The position numbers and the translations under genes are program-made. DNA of 60,888 bases, from contig CAJNYD010000131.1 of NCBI GenBank assembly GCA_905331295.1, positions 62,001-122,888 of the forward strand. The letters are read 5' to 3'. The DNA is from Rotaria socialis (taxonomy: Eukaryota). This document shows positions 25,658 through 39,100 of this stretch, in pieces (the first letter of the stretch is position 1; each line of letters opens with the position of its first letter). Below the pieces are notes generated by a model. It ran no database searches. It worked only from the letters and a program-made list of their open reading frames with translations, and was not told the origin of the DNA.

Positions 25658-26304
25658 CATACACAAAAAACAAAAATAGATATTTCCGTATGTTTCGAAT
25701 ATCGTAAGTTGACGTACAAAACTACTTTTGAAAATTAGTTTTGAATATATGTTTAGATGTATATAAAGCAGCATGTCAATTGGTTCAATATGAAAAAATT
25801 AATCCATATACATTTGATTGATATGAACGTGCATCGTCATATCAAACTTCAAAAACAAATTTTTCTTTGTTCATTGTGTCGAAAGTCTGTGGTTATTAAT
25901 TCGCGGAGTTACATGTTTATATTTCAAATTAAATCGATATTTTGTGTTTGTAATAAAAGGAACTTGAAAGATCATCAAAGAGTTTTTTTTTGTCATTACA
26001 TTTATTAAATAATAAACATGTCTTATGCGTTGGTAGGTTTATGCTAGTTATTATATTTTTGTCCACAATAGTAACGATGAAAACTATCTTTTATCACACT
26101 CTGATCTAGTGTTTCAAATGATAATGCTGATGCACCATGGATTTTTTGTCCTGCGAAATAAACAGACCATGGGTCTTTTGAATAGCCAAAAGCAGCAAGA
26201 GGTTGTATTAATGACATTTATACAGAGCAACAGAAAAAATCAAAGGAATTATTTTCAATATCTAAAAGAACTATAAAATAATCGAGATGAATAATGAATC
26301 TGAT

Positions 26305-26440
26305 CAAGGGGGCAGTAACTGATTTCAATAGCTGAAATCAACTTGAAATCATGTGAAATCACTTGAAATCACTGAAATCATCTGAAATCATTTGAAATCA
26401 TTTGCAATCATCTTAAATCATCTTAAATCATCTTAAATCA
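26305..26440. repeat. (TGAAATCAT)-like ~10-bp tandem array, probable TE terminus
   Basis: CAAGGGGGCAGTAACTGATTTC followed by about ten GAAATCA/AAATCA units. Confidence 0.6.
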
Positions 26441-26582
26441 CAAGAAAGAATTGGTTTATGCATGCATTGCGGGAAAGATAAAAATCCAAGAAAATTCAAA
26501 ATTTTCACAGAAAAAATCTAGATTTTAGCTTTTGCTGTCAAATTCTTCACGGTAATTTGAAATACTTCAGGATTTTTATTTT

Positions 26583-26602
26583 TGGGTGTGGGTGTGGGTG
26601 TG
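26583..26602 (+). repeat. Short interstitial TGTGGG (bdelloid telomere-like) tract
   Basis: TGGGTGTGGGTGTGGGTGTG. Confidence 0.6.
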
Positions 26603-26619
26603 CGTTGTGGATGAGAGTA

Positions 26620-26904
26620 CACTGGGAAAAATATAGCACCACACGGAACCATTTTTGAAATGAATTCTAAATTCTCAAAAAGGTTTCGTAAAAGCCCAAG
26701 ATAGTCTCACAATTATTTTCAAGAGTCCAGGAAACTTTTCCGAAGGTTTTGTGGAAAACCTACGAAACCTAAAAAAGGTACAGAATTCGTTTCAAAGTGC
26801 GAAACCCTTTTTAAGTTTCGTAGTATCTGCGAAACCATTTTAAAGTTCAGTGAGAAAATTCGAAACTTTCTTGGTGCCGTGTGGTGCTATTTTGTTTTTC
26901 AGTG
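26620..26904. mobile_element. CACTG-ended CMC-type MITE
   Basis: CACTGGGAAAAATATAGCACCACACGG ... CCGTGTGGTGCTATTTTGTTTTTCAGTG; internal CGAAACC/GGTTTCG repeats. Confidence 0.8.
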
Positions 26905-28211
26905 CACTCTTTGCTGTAGTGAGTGAAAAAGTGTTAGTCTTGGTCGTTTTGCCTTTCTGTATTTGAAAATTGTAATCATGAAGATAGTCTTAGTCATCGA
27001 GTCTTTATGCTTTTTTAGCAAGAGTCGTAAAGTCAGTACTGTGTGTTAGAGTCTTGGCATCTTTCAAAACGGCTGCATGAAATTAGTGAATGTTGTTAAG
27101 TGTAATATTCGATCGAACTCAGAGTCATGAAACATTTTGTGTATTGATGTCAAAGTCTTTATGGTAGTCTGACTTCTGGCATCCTTATTGCTTTCGAAGG
27201 AACTCTGCTGATGTCGTTTGAGGTCTTTAGTTTTGTTACCTTTGAATTGTAGTTTTGGTGTTCATATTTGCTATCGTACGTTTACCGGATCAGTTTGAGA
27301 ACTATATGCTACGATGTACAACAATAAATCTCGACTATTTTTTCATCATTTCTCTCATATCACTCTTCTATATAAATCGGTTAAGAGGATGCTTAAATGG
27401 CCGAAACTTACACTGTATTCCGTTGCAATCTATTAACAACGATGAGGGCACTTGTACTTCGACGAAACATAAATGAACGACGAAGAAGAAAGGCGACATT
27501 CTTTTAACGACCTGATTATTAAGTTCAGCTCTTCAGTCCTCCCAGTAGAGTTTTTCACAACCCATCTAAGTTTTTAGGTACTGAAAGATGTGAAAAGGAG
27601 TCGATCTACTTACTGTCGGGAACTACGTATGTTTTGAATTCTCAGATCCCTAATGATTTTATACAATAACTGGACATAAAGTGACTGAGCGCTTGGTATC
27701 ATGCATGTTGAACAATTCATAAACCTCTAAAATAACGGTGGGAACATAAGCATTAAAAAGAAGATGCCTCAATGTTATTTCGATGTGTCAAAATACTTGA
27801 CGAGTTTCAAGAATATTTTCTCGGAAGCGCAAGGATTTTCTGAGGATTCGCCAACTCTTCGAAATTTTCGGGATATATTCAGAGACCATGCTTAATTCCG
27901 TGACTTTCACTGTTTGTGTTGTACGGAAATCAAAATTGGTTTTTAAAAGTAGCACCAAGGTTTCTGAAAAAAACGTTTTTTTGATAAAGTGATTGATTCA
28001 CAGAACGAATGTGTTTTCTGGACTGAAAGGATAGGTTTTAGAAACGGAAATTCATCTATGTCTGCCTGCAACACTTCGTACAAATGACTATAGCTTTGGC
28101 ACAACTGACTACATCGATGATAGAGAGGACCACTACCATGGTACAAGGGACCATATCGATGAAATCATGATTGCAAATATGACAAAATAAACAGTTGATG
28201 TTATAAAAAAC

Positions 28212-28420
28212 TTCCCACCCTTCCACCCCCTCTCACTTAAATTCAAGGGGTAGATAGTATATCTTGTATATAATAGATGCTATAAGTTCCTACCCCTTCC
28301 ACCCCATCTAACTTAAATTCAAGGGGTAGATAGTATATCTTGTATATAATAGATGGTATGAATTCCTACCCCTTCCACCCCATCTAACTTAAATTCAAGG
28401 GGTAGATAGTATATATATAT
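28212..28420. repeat. 76-bp tandem repeat, ~2.7 copies
   Basis: Unit TTCCTACCCCTTCCACCCCATCTAACTTAAATTCAAGGGGTAGATAGTATATCTTGTATATAATAGATG; AAGGGGTAG at 28245, 28321 and 28397. Confidence 0.9.
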
Positions 28421-28562
28421 TTCTTGTGCTAGTAAAATATTTAATCAATTTCGTTTTTTTATGAATTTTTTAGAATCTTTTATTATTCATTCTGAGTAAA
28501 AGTTTTACATTGCATTTATGGTAACATTAACATGTTGTTGGCTATGGTATCGGAGTTGTATA

Positions 28563-30249
28563 CACTCTAAAAAAAATAGGCTTTTTTCAGAACCTAAAAA
28601 AGGTTCTTATCCTCGGTACACCGTCAGATCCTTTTTTTGGTTTTGTAAAAGTGAGGTTTCGTACAAACCCCTTCCACGATAATTCCAAAAAAGGGTTTTG
28701 TAGCAATGGTTTCGTGAAAAACCTTTTAAAAATCATTCCAAAAAAGGTTTCGTACCCAACAAAGGTTCCGTCAAAAATTTCATTTAACCTTCTGGTGCCG
28801 TCCGCGGTGTGCACACTATTCGAGTATTTCTCAAAACCCGAGTACGGTATACATCAAATGAATCAAAAGTAAGATGAAAGGGTCCATAGAGTAATTTTCT
28901 GCATTCAAGGAAAATCATTCTATAGCCTATTNGGACGGCACCAGACGGTTAAAACCAACTCCACCACCTGATTTCCATAATTGAAACAACCTAAAATACA
29001 GAAACGAATTAATATAATCATTATATAAGGTCAAACTTACTTCACTATTCTTTTACTCGAAACAATCTAAAATAAGCAAATTAGCAAAAAATTATTATTA
29101 AGTAAAATCACACTTACCTAAAAACACCATCTCTACATTGACCTAGAAATACAAAAACAAATAATTCTTTGATTTGCTAAGTCAGAACTTACCTAAAACT
29201 GCGTATAAAAATCAACCTAGAACAAAAAACAAATCAAATATATTAAATTATACACGATCGAACTCACCTGAAATTGTATCTTTGCGCCCTGCTATAACTA
29301 AACAAAACAAATTTCTTTATTTTATGAAATCATATCTACCTGCAACATTCTATATGAATGAATCAAAAACAAAGAAAAAAATTATTCTCTTTCATCGCAT
29401 CAAACTTACCCCAGAATTGACGCTAGAGTTGAAATATAAAGCCTACTTTGTGAATTTTGGGCTCCAGATTGACAGATTTTCTCAGCCATGAGAGCTCGGA
29501 TAAAAAACTGATAACGGATTTGGACTCTCCGACCCCGATAAGCTATAGAAAGTTTGACATAGATAATAAACTGGTGAAAACTTAGGTGCAAAAACTATGA
29601 AACCTCGAGAGTGCCTACGAAACTTCAGTGGTTTGGTAGAAAATATACGAAACTTTGACATGGATAATAAAGTGGGAATCGTTCAGCTGTAGAAGTACGA
29701 AATCCTCGAATGTTCGACGAAACCAGCAATTGTTTTGCAGACAATATTCCAAACCTTTTGACAGTTTAGGGAAACATCAATCGTTCCGTGGGCATATTAC
29801 AAAACCTTGATGCCGTTCAGAAGGTGTCGATAAGTTCCGCATAAATAATACGAAACCTTACGATCGTCCGAGAAATCAACAATGGTTCCGTGGACATATT
29901 CCGAAACCTTAAATCAGACCAGAAAGTGTCGATAAGTTCCGCATAAATATTACGAGTACTTCAGACCGTCCGCAAAACCTACAGTGGTTCCGTGGGTATA
30001 TGACGAAACCTTCTGCAATTGCACAAATCTATCAGAGGATTTGTACGTGACGTACGAAACCACAAACCACTTTACCGAACTTTCGAAGAGTTCAGGCGCA
30101 AAATTGCGAAACCTGATGAAATCTGCTGAGCTTAAAATAGTTCTGAAAGGAGACCACGGAACGTTTTCCACTCCACGGAACTTAAAATCGTTCGGTGGAG
30201 AAATGCGGAACTATTAAGGTTCTGTAGAGTACCGATTTTTTTTAGAGTG
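28563..30249. mobile_element. CACTC-ended non-autonomous CMC/CACTA-like element
   Basis: CACTCTAAAAAAAAT ... ATTTTTTTTAGAGTG; GGTTTCGTA repeats on the left and TACGAAACC repeats on the right. Confidence 0.8.
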
Positions 30250-30250
30250 T

Positions 30251-32130
30251 TGAGTGTCTTCAATTCAATCAAATAACATGTAAGTATCAGTAATTTTTCA
30301 AATAAACAATGTTCTTTTCTTTTTCATTTCAGAGGTGCAACTTACAATTTTCTATTCATTTTTTCATTTGACTTATCTAAACTATGTATTCATTCTTTCT
30401 CTCTTCTCTTCTTTAGAATGTATTCGCGTATCGATCATCAACAATCAAATAATCTAAAATAACAATAAGTAAGTATTCAATATTTTCGTTTCATGGGTGC
30501 AAATTGGAATTATCGTAAGTACAATCATTTTATTTTATTTCTCCTTTATTTAACTTAAATAAAGTATATATTAATTTTGTTTTGTCTCTTGTTTAGAATG
30601 CGTGTTCACACCGATCAATAGCAATAACGCTATTAATATGGAAATAGTAAATATATTCCAAATTTATTATTACATCAAATATTTTTAAAGATTTACTTCT
30701 TTCCTTTTCTTTTTTCTAGATATTCTATTATGAGACTTGGAAATGGTTGACAAACAGTTACGAATTAAACTGTATAAGTATAAGTAATTTTTAAAATAAA
30801 CTATACTTTTCTTTTCGTTCCAGGGGTTGCAAGTTGCCATTATACAAACTACAATTATTTTGTTTTATTTCATCTAATATGTATAAATTAGATATTCATT
30901 TTTCTGTTTTTCTCTTCGTTAGGTTGTGTTTATTGCGTATCAATCAAGAACAATCAATAGAAACAAACTATAGAGAAGTATTGAAATAAATAGTATTTCC
31001 TTTCTGTTTGAGAGGTGCAAGTTAAAATTCTACAAATTAAAATCAGTTTATTTCATTTTTTCTAACATAAATTAATTATCTAAGCATCTGTTTTTCTTCT
31101 TTTTATAATGTGTTGGTGTATCGATTATGAACAATCAACCCGAAATATCTTCAAGTAAGAACTATTTCAATAAACAATATTTTTCTTTTATTTTCGTTTC
31201 AGGGATACAAGTTGTGATAAAACAAATTAAAATTACAATCATTTTATTTTATTTTATTTTATCTAACATAGATAAACTATATATTAATTTTCCTTTTCTT
31301 TTCTTCTTTAGTCTGTGTTCACATATCTATCAAGAAGATTCAATTTGCAATAATTATCATTAAATATTCAATATTTTATTTTCATTTTCATTTCAGCGAT
31401 GCAAGTTACAATTCCACAAATAACAATTATATTCGTTTCTTTTTCTCTAATTTAACATAAACATCTGTCAACAGCAATAATTTTATTAGTTTGCAAATAG
31501 TAAATATATTCCAAATTTATTATTACATCGAATCTTTTTCTATAGATTTACTTCTTTCCTTTTCTTTGTTCTAGATATTCTATTTTCCTTTTTTTTAACG
31601 GTTGACAATGGTTAGGAATCAAATTGTATAAGTATAAGTAATTTTCCAAATAAACAATATACTCTTCTTTTTCATTTCAGTGGAGCAATTTGGAATTGTA
31701 CAGATGACAATGGTTTTTGTTTTCTTTTATCTAACTTAAATAAATTCTATATTCATTTAGTTTTATTTTCTCGTGTTTAGAATGTGAGTTCACATCGATC
31801 AACAGCAATAATGTTATATTCATTTGATTTACTTGTAACTTTTATTTTTTATTCTAGATCTTCTATTATATGATTCTTGGAATGGTTAATACTTATAATT
31901 ATATCAAGGGTTATATGTGTGAGGTATGATGCTTCTGTATAACATAATCATTTGTATCTTCTTTTTCGTTTCAGACGTGCAACTTACAATTTTTTCTATT
32001 TCTTTTCTGTATTTAAAATAAATAAACTATACATATTTCTTTTCTCATGTTTATAATTTTGTTCATATATTAATCAATTCAAATTTACTTTTCTTTTTTT
32101 TTCATTTTAGATATAAAATACTTATTTAAT
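30251..32130 (+). repeat. Degenerate tandem array studded with splice-site-like motifs
   Basis: Recurring blocks TTTTC(A/G)TTTCAG..TGCAA(G/C)TTACAATT, TTTAGAATG..TTCACATCGATCAA and TTCTAGATATTCTATT, each after a pyrimidine tract and often preceded by GTAAGT. Confidence 0.65.
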
Positions 32131-32134
32131 TATA

Positions 32135-32430
32135 TGTCGACGAGAGGTTCGTATTAGTTTACTTAATCCTTTGTTCTATATATGACAGCCTGTCAGAGCG
32201 GCTTCGTTGCCTGACCCAGATAGATTCTTCGTGTCACTCTGTTGCGGCGAAGTAGTGTAGTACTCGGGGAAGGCCTCGACTGATGTTCGTATGGTCCCTG
32301 ACGTCGTACGTACGTACGGGATGCCTACGTTCATTGCCTTACCAGTCCGGCGTGGTCCGCTCTATGCGTATCCGTATCTGGACGCAAGGCAGGTCTTTCT
32401 GGTCGCGCGCGCACGTGCGTACACGCGAAT
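32135..32430. other. GC-rich island, possible solo-LTR remnant
   Basis: Abruptly GC-rich; TGT at 32135 and ACA at 32421-32423; no TSD found. Confidence 0.3.
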
Positions 32431-34453
32431 AGTAAATAATCAATAGTTATATTAAAGCAATTTATTTGAGTAAATACTAGAAAAAAACAAAACATTTACA
32501 ACTTCTCTTTCACTTCTTCTATACTATTCATTACACTCTTAATATCTGGATGTGTTGAAGGAAGTGATTTTCGAAAGATACCAAGTGCTTTTTCTAGAAG
32601 TGAAAGTGCTTTTGAATATTCACCAGTTTTGTTGTAGATATCGCCAATACTCCAGTATGAAATAGCCAAATCGGGATGAGTCGGAGGCAGAGATATTTGA
32701 AATATTTTGTTTGCTTTTTGATAATATTCAAGTGCTTTCGGGTATTCACCCATGTTGTTATACACTCCACCGATGTTGTCGTATGAAATAGCCAAATGGG
32801 GATGAGTCGGAGGCAGAGATATTTCTAAGATTTTATTTGCTTTTTCGTAATATTCAAGTGCTTTCGAGTAATCCCCCATGTCGTCATATCCCATCGCGAT
32901 ATTGTTATAAGACGTAGCTAACGAGAGATCATTTTCTGATAGAGTTTCCTCGTCAATCTTGAGAGCTTTTTCTAAAAACGAAACTGCTTCCTTGTATTGC
33001 CCTTGGTCTCTTTTGACCCATCCTAGAAGATTATAAATATTAGCTCTATCACTATCAGTGGAAGCATTCACGAGTAATTCATTGTAGAGTTCCTCAGCTT
33101 GATTGAAATGACCCACCTGGAGCATTAATTGACCCATTCGATACCATCCTCTACCGTCGATCTCCTCTTTGATGAGATTAGTAAGACCAGCAAGTTGTGG
33201 ATCTTCGTCACCAGTAATAGTCAATTGTACTTCCCAAAGTCGACTATTCTTAGGCGTCTGTGTAATTTCAACGATACGAAAAACAGTATGCACTGTAAAA
33301 AGAATTTCTTGTTCTTGTGGAAGAGCACTGTGTTTATCAATCATTGCAAATGGTGTAATTGAACTTGATATTTTACTTGAATCTATTGTCATAATAAACA
33401 TAACACCAACAATATCTTGATTCCTCTTTAGAGCGTCTTGAACAAATGATGTGGCCACTTCTCTTTTCTTTAGATGAATTCAATTATTATATCATCTTGA
33501 TAAAACAGAATAATACATAGAGTGCGGTGCAAATAAGTAATTGTCGAACTCTTCAATCAGACTTATCAGTCTATAGGAACCATCATGTGTAGAGTCAATC
33601 CTTTTTTTCTTATCGAATAGAACGTCATCTAGAGTAGTTTTGAATGATATGTGATTTGTAAATTTACTATCATTTTATACTCGATGACACATAAAGAAAG
33701 AGACTCACTTCATCGATAAAAATTGAATAACGGCGTTATTGCAATCGCACTGTGACCCCTTTTAGCTCTCCGCTATGTTCACTACCCATGTAAATAAAAT
33801 AAACCTCTCCCTATAATAGAAGACTCTTTAGGAAAAATAGTTTGATATTTACAATACAAGACCCCGGTTTTTTAAAAGCAAAAATTACTTGATTAGAATT
33901 TTTTTGTTGAGTTATTGATGAACTGAGTTTATTGGATAATAAACTTCACGACATTATAGAAAAGAAAATATCAACTTATCTATGCAGAAACAGAATGTAT
34001 CTTCGTCTAAAATAATGTTCGACCAGAAAGCACACAGTTGTACGAACAAGAGAACGAATAGTATTATTTAGTTATATCGATATAATACATATTATATCGG
34101 AATTGACGGAAAAGGCAGAAAGGAAAAACGTCGAATACTTCAAAAAGGTCTGAGGCCATCATAGATTTTATGATTGCTCAAGATACAACAGGATGAAACT
34201 GTGAAGTTTTAGAAGTGGGTACGTCTGACCACTATCCAATCATCTACACTTCACCCTTTTCTATAAATAAAAATTCATCTGTTCGAAAAACCAACTGGTC
34301 AATATTCTCATTTATCCTAAAATGCGTATTTGAGTATTTCAATTGTCTAGTTTATAACATCGATCATGATGCGTTTTTCGAGCTATTTTCTAATTTCTTA
34401 TCAGGTTTATGGGACAGATGTAGTATTTATGAAAACGTGGAAAAATATAGGCC

Positions 34454-36148
34454 GGTAACAGTCTAAAATGTCCCCAAAAAAACTGTCCTTGCAAAAATGT
34501 CCCCGACATTTTGTCCTTGAAAAAATGTCCTTCGGTAAAAATGTCCCTGAGAAATGGTCCTTAGAAATATTGTCCTCCGAAAAAATGTCTTTCATTTTCA
34601 AGATGTGCTTTCTGTAGAGCATGAACTAATCTTATTCATAAAAGCAATCATGTGATATAATCAATAAAAACGAATAAAATTCCAATTTATTTTCCACTGG
34701 CGACAAAAGAAGAAAGTTCTTTTAATAATTCTTGTGGGTCAACTTGTTTGTTGTCGAATGATTCATATAATTCTTTGATACGTTATTGCGCAATTTTGAC
34801 TTGGGACGCTTTCCACGAGGTTTCATTCCGCTATTAATTTGAAAAATTAGGTTACGCAGTCACTTTTCCAGAAAATCTTATAAATGTATCATCAGAATTT
34901 GTATGCAAAATTACATTACAACTTCGGTTTATACGTCGCCGACATTTTATGGTTTTCTTTCGATTAAAATTGTAAAATTGGAAATTATAACCATCAACAA
35001 TTAACATAAATTTTCCTTTACTCGTTTATGTTTTTGTAATAGTTGGTTTAGTAGGACTTGGTTGTAAAAATGAATTTTCAGGTGATTGAGATGACCATGA
35101 ACATTCAGTTTCATCAATAGTTGTCAACTTGTTAGATCCCATTGAAAATGTCTTTTTACGATTACGGAAAAATATTACACAAAGCAACGAATGATATTCA
35201 AACGATATATTCTCCCTTCTTTATTGAACTATTTATACGGTAATCCTATCTTCTACAATAGACAATTAAAATAAGCGCTGATATTTTTCTGGTAAACTCA
35301 ACTTTGGTCGACAGTTAAAATGTCGACAGTTAAAAATGTTGAAAGTAAAAATGTCGAAAAAAATTCATAAAAATTGAATTAAAAATTCTAAAAGAAGGAG
35401 TGTTTTGAAAGATATTCGATGAATATGTTATTATTGTAGGATTGATGGCGACTTATGTTCGTTTAAATCTATCATTAGTCTATCAGACATTGGTCACTTA
35501 GTACAATCTAATAGAAAAGAATAAGAAAATTATTCTTCGATTATTCATTAGTCGAGTGATAAATATACATATGGAAGCCGCCACCGAATCGACACACAAC
35601 ATCAACAGTGATTTAAATTTGATTAATTCGAATAAAGGACAATCTCTTTTAATAATGAATCAATACATATACAAATGAAACAAAAAAAGGCCCAATAAAA
35701 AATATTGGGTGTGTGTGGTTAAAGATTGTGGCGTATATATTCATACTGATATAGATCAAAATTATTTGTCGGGTGGTAAAACTGACTGTGGACACCCAGC
35801 AAATCCTAAATCTCTTTCTTTTCTGAACACGACATTTTTCATGAATCCCTACTCGGTTTTCGACATTTTTTGTCGACATTTTTACTGTCGACATTTTTAC
35901 TTTCGACATTTTTACTTTTTCGTCTTGTCGACATTTTACTGTCCACATTTTTACTGTCGACCAAAGTTCAGAGATTCATATTTCTTTCTTTAAGGCGTCA
36001 TCTATATTTCACTAACACATAGTTCAACAACTAAAATTAAAGAATAAGCGACATTTTTACAGCAAGGGACATATTTTTTGGGGACATTTTTATAGCAAGG
36101 GACATATTTTTTGGGGACATTTTTTCAAGGACATTTTAGACCGTATTC
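34454..36148 (-). mobile_element. Internally deleted MULE inserted in the LINE
   Basis: GGTAACAGTCTAAAATGTCC ... GGACATTTTAGACCGTATTC; TSD TATAGGCC at 34446 and 36149; AAATGTCC subterminal repeats; minus-strand FLYWCH remnant KGKFMLIVDGYNF. Confidence 0.88.
35291..35977 (+). mobile_element. Internally deleted MULE nested in the previous MULE
   Basis: AACTTTGGTCGACAGT / ACTGTCGACCAAAGTT TIRs with AAAATGTCGA repeats; FLYWCH remnant SNKGQSLLIMNQYIYK*...KYWVCVVKDCGVYIHT. Confidence 0.85.
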
Positions 36149-39100
36149 TATAGGCCTACGTGGCCACAACATCTTGTTCTATTGGCGAAGACAGTAAATA
36201 AACATAAAAGAAAATATCGAAAAACTCATTATATACGACATTAAGAGGAATGGGCATATTGGTATGATGTGTATCAAAAAGAAAAAGGAAAGTATGAAGA
36301 AAAAAAGAGAAATAAAAAGCTGCTTTTCTTGAGAGAGAATAATAATATTTGGAAGGTAGCGAGTCCAATCTTTAAAAAATATACACCACCGTTTCGAGGG
36401 TTAAAAACACCACAAGGTATAGAGAGAGATCATCAAAAAATTTGCGATAAGTTGACTAATTACTATGAAAAGCATTTTTCTGAGCCTATATATAATATAA
36501 ATAATGTACATCATACAAAATGTCGAGAAGCATATACTCAAATTTCATATACTCCGAATATCCCTCTTCAAAAAAATAAAAATAGAAGACGTTATAAAAC
36601 AGTGGAAAAAATTTAAACCGAAAAAATCAATGGATAGTGTAAATATATCCGCCTTTCTTTTAAAAAATCTTCCAATCGAATACTTCCAAGTTATAACAGT
36701 ACTCTTTAACAAGTGCGCAGAAAATGGGACATTTTTTGAGAGAGCTAAACATGCGAGGGGAGTATGTTTGTCCAAAGATGGAGTTTATCCAACTGAGGAC
36801 AGACTTCGATCTATTTTGTTGCTGCCAAACATGGGTAAATGGCTTGAGAAAATCATAGCAGAAAGAATAGAAAATTGCTGCCTCGAAAATGGGATAAATC
36901 TCGATGAACAATCAGGGTTTACCGCTAATCGCAGGCTACAAACTAGAATACTCTCTTTGATTGAAGATATACGACTAACAGTGGCGGCACCAAATCATCC
37001 GGTGTTAGCAATCTTCATCGATTTTCTTACGGCATTTGACCGTCTATGGTATCCAGCACTCTTCAAAACTTTTAATGATCTTGAAATGCCTCTTGATTTA
37101 CGTCGATGGATCTATGGTTGGTTGCAAAACCGATCGATGACGATCAGTCACGGAGATGCGGAGTCCAGGGTTATTAGAATCTTTCTAGGTACACCACAGG
37201 GATCTGTTCTTGCAGCTTTATTATTTCGAATACACATACACTTCTTGCCTGGGTATTTCGCTCAGACTGTGTCTCATTTATTCGCGGATGAGTTAACTAT
37301 AGTTATTAAAGGAGCACTCGAAAAAAGGCTATCTGATAATATAAAATATATAGAAAAACAGGCAGAAGAGATTTTAAAATCAGTTGAAAATTTTTCAGAT
37401 GACTACATTTTACCTGTGAACGTCTCTAAGACAAAGGCCATGTTAATTCATAGTGCAGTAGCAACAGAGAAACCAAAAATAGAATATAAAAATACATCAA
37501 TTGAATATGTAAAATCATTTAAAAATTTGGGAATTGAGATTGGGACAAAACTGGGTTAGGGAAATTTCATAAACAATAGACTAAAAAAAGTAAGAAATAT
37601 TTATGCTGGTTTAAAGAAAATGATCAAAGCAATTCCAAAAGATGAAATAAAAATACGTAAAAGACTTTTCTGTGCATATGCACTTCCTCATTTTATCTGG
37701 TTGTTCGCAACGTGGTTCTTCTACACTGAAAAACAAAAAGCAACCATAGAGCACGTATATGGGACAGGGTTAAGAATTATATATAATATTTGGGGATGGG
37801 ACGATTTAACTACCCTAGCTCTAACTCGAGAATTTTCATTACGAGATTATATTTATAAGTACTGGGTAAAATTTGAAAAACATCTAGAGCAGTCATTAGA
37901 AGCGGTCTTATACCAACAGACATGGACAGCATTTCTAATAGCTACTTGCCCATCAAAAATTTATTATAAAAGCTGTGGTTTTCGAAAGAATTCAAAATTT
38001 CCTAAACGATTATCAGAAAGAGCAAGGCATACGAAGCTTGACCTACTCATGTTTTTCAACGTTCAGAGAAAACAACTATACATTTACAAATATTCCTCAT
38101 CTATTTTAGAGTGGTTTATCTTAAAATATTTTCCTAAACCACCCTAATACAATGTAACTATAATAGCAATGCAAAAACAAAAGAAATATATGTAAATGTA
38201 ATGTTTCGTCGTATAGATTGTATAACATGTATCTTCCACTATATCATTCCTCACTATTGTACAATAGATCTTAACTTTTCGCACGCTCTAAATGTATTGT
38301 TATTTTTCTGTCTTCACGAATGTATAACCTATGATAGATATTTATGTGACTTGTATTCTAAAAATTCAAACCAAGTGTATATTGTAAAATTATCTACTAC
38401 ATATTTTTTGTAACTCATTGTGTGTCTAATTTGTTAACCTTTAAAGGAACAAATAAAATCTTGAATGTCAAAAAAAAAAGGAAAACGTCGAATGGAAAAA
38501 GTATAATTAATAACAGTGTCGAAGAAAAACTGCCAGAGAAAAAAAGTAGAAGAATTTTGAAAAGGAAAACGTAGAATGAAATAGATGTCTATAGATAACG
38601 AGATTTTTTTCTTTTGATTTGGTATTTGTTGTTAGTGGGATAAGTAAAATTCGTCGTTGTCCTCGTCTATAGTCTATACTAGTTCATTGTTAGCGTATAC
38701 TATATATATAAATCAGTCTGACAAAAACAGCTAACAAATAATTTTCTCTTCAATCGTTGGCAATGGCCAGTGCAATATCATTCTTAACGACAAATAAAGG
38801 TAAACCATTACTAGTGTTTAACCAATATATGTTCAAATGCAATAAAACGTCCTTATCAAAAAAGTATTGGGTTTGTATACTGAACATGGATGCGACGTAT
38901 ATGTACACATCAATTTAGAAAATGAATTTTTATTGATTACTGGTGATCATAACCATGTGATAAATCCGAATATGTTACAAATGAAAAATCGCATTTTAAA
39001 TGAAACAATGTCGATTACGAAAATTTATGATGAGGAAATCGCAAAAGTGCATTTGTCTGATGAAGGAGCTGCAGAACTTCCAACAGTCATTGAATACAGT

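Larger units (their letters stand above)
34137..38479 (+). mobile_element. 5'-truncated APE-type non-LTR retrotransposon (LINE), inactive
   Basis: APE end IDFMIAQD...GTSDHYPI; RT motifs QSGF, IDFLTAFD, GTPQGSVL, FADE; frameshift ~36570; in-frame TAG at 37557; AATAAA then A-tail at 38450-38479; AGGAAAA(A)CGTCGAAT on both flanks (possible TSD). Confidence 0.9.

Noticed and set aside
27380..27415. GGCCGAAAC with upstream TAAGA (hammerhead-like)
   Set aside because: Core and stem II are too degenerate to support a call.
26000..27600. Possible Athena/Terminon terminal repeat around the TGTGGG tract
   Set aside because: No RT, convincing hammerhead or second repeat copy visible in the window.
28212..28420. 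Possible CRISPR-like array (also 49278-49470)
   Set aside because: Contiguous tandem units without unique spacers; no cas genes; eukaryotic context.
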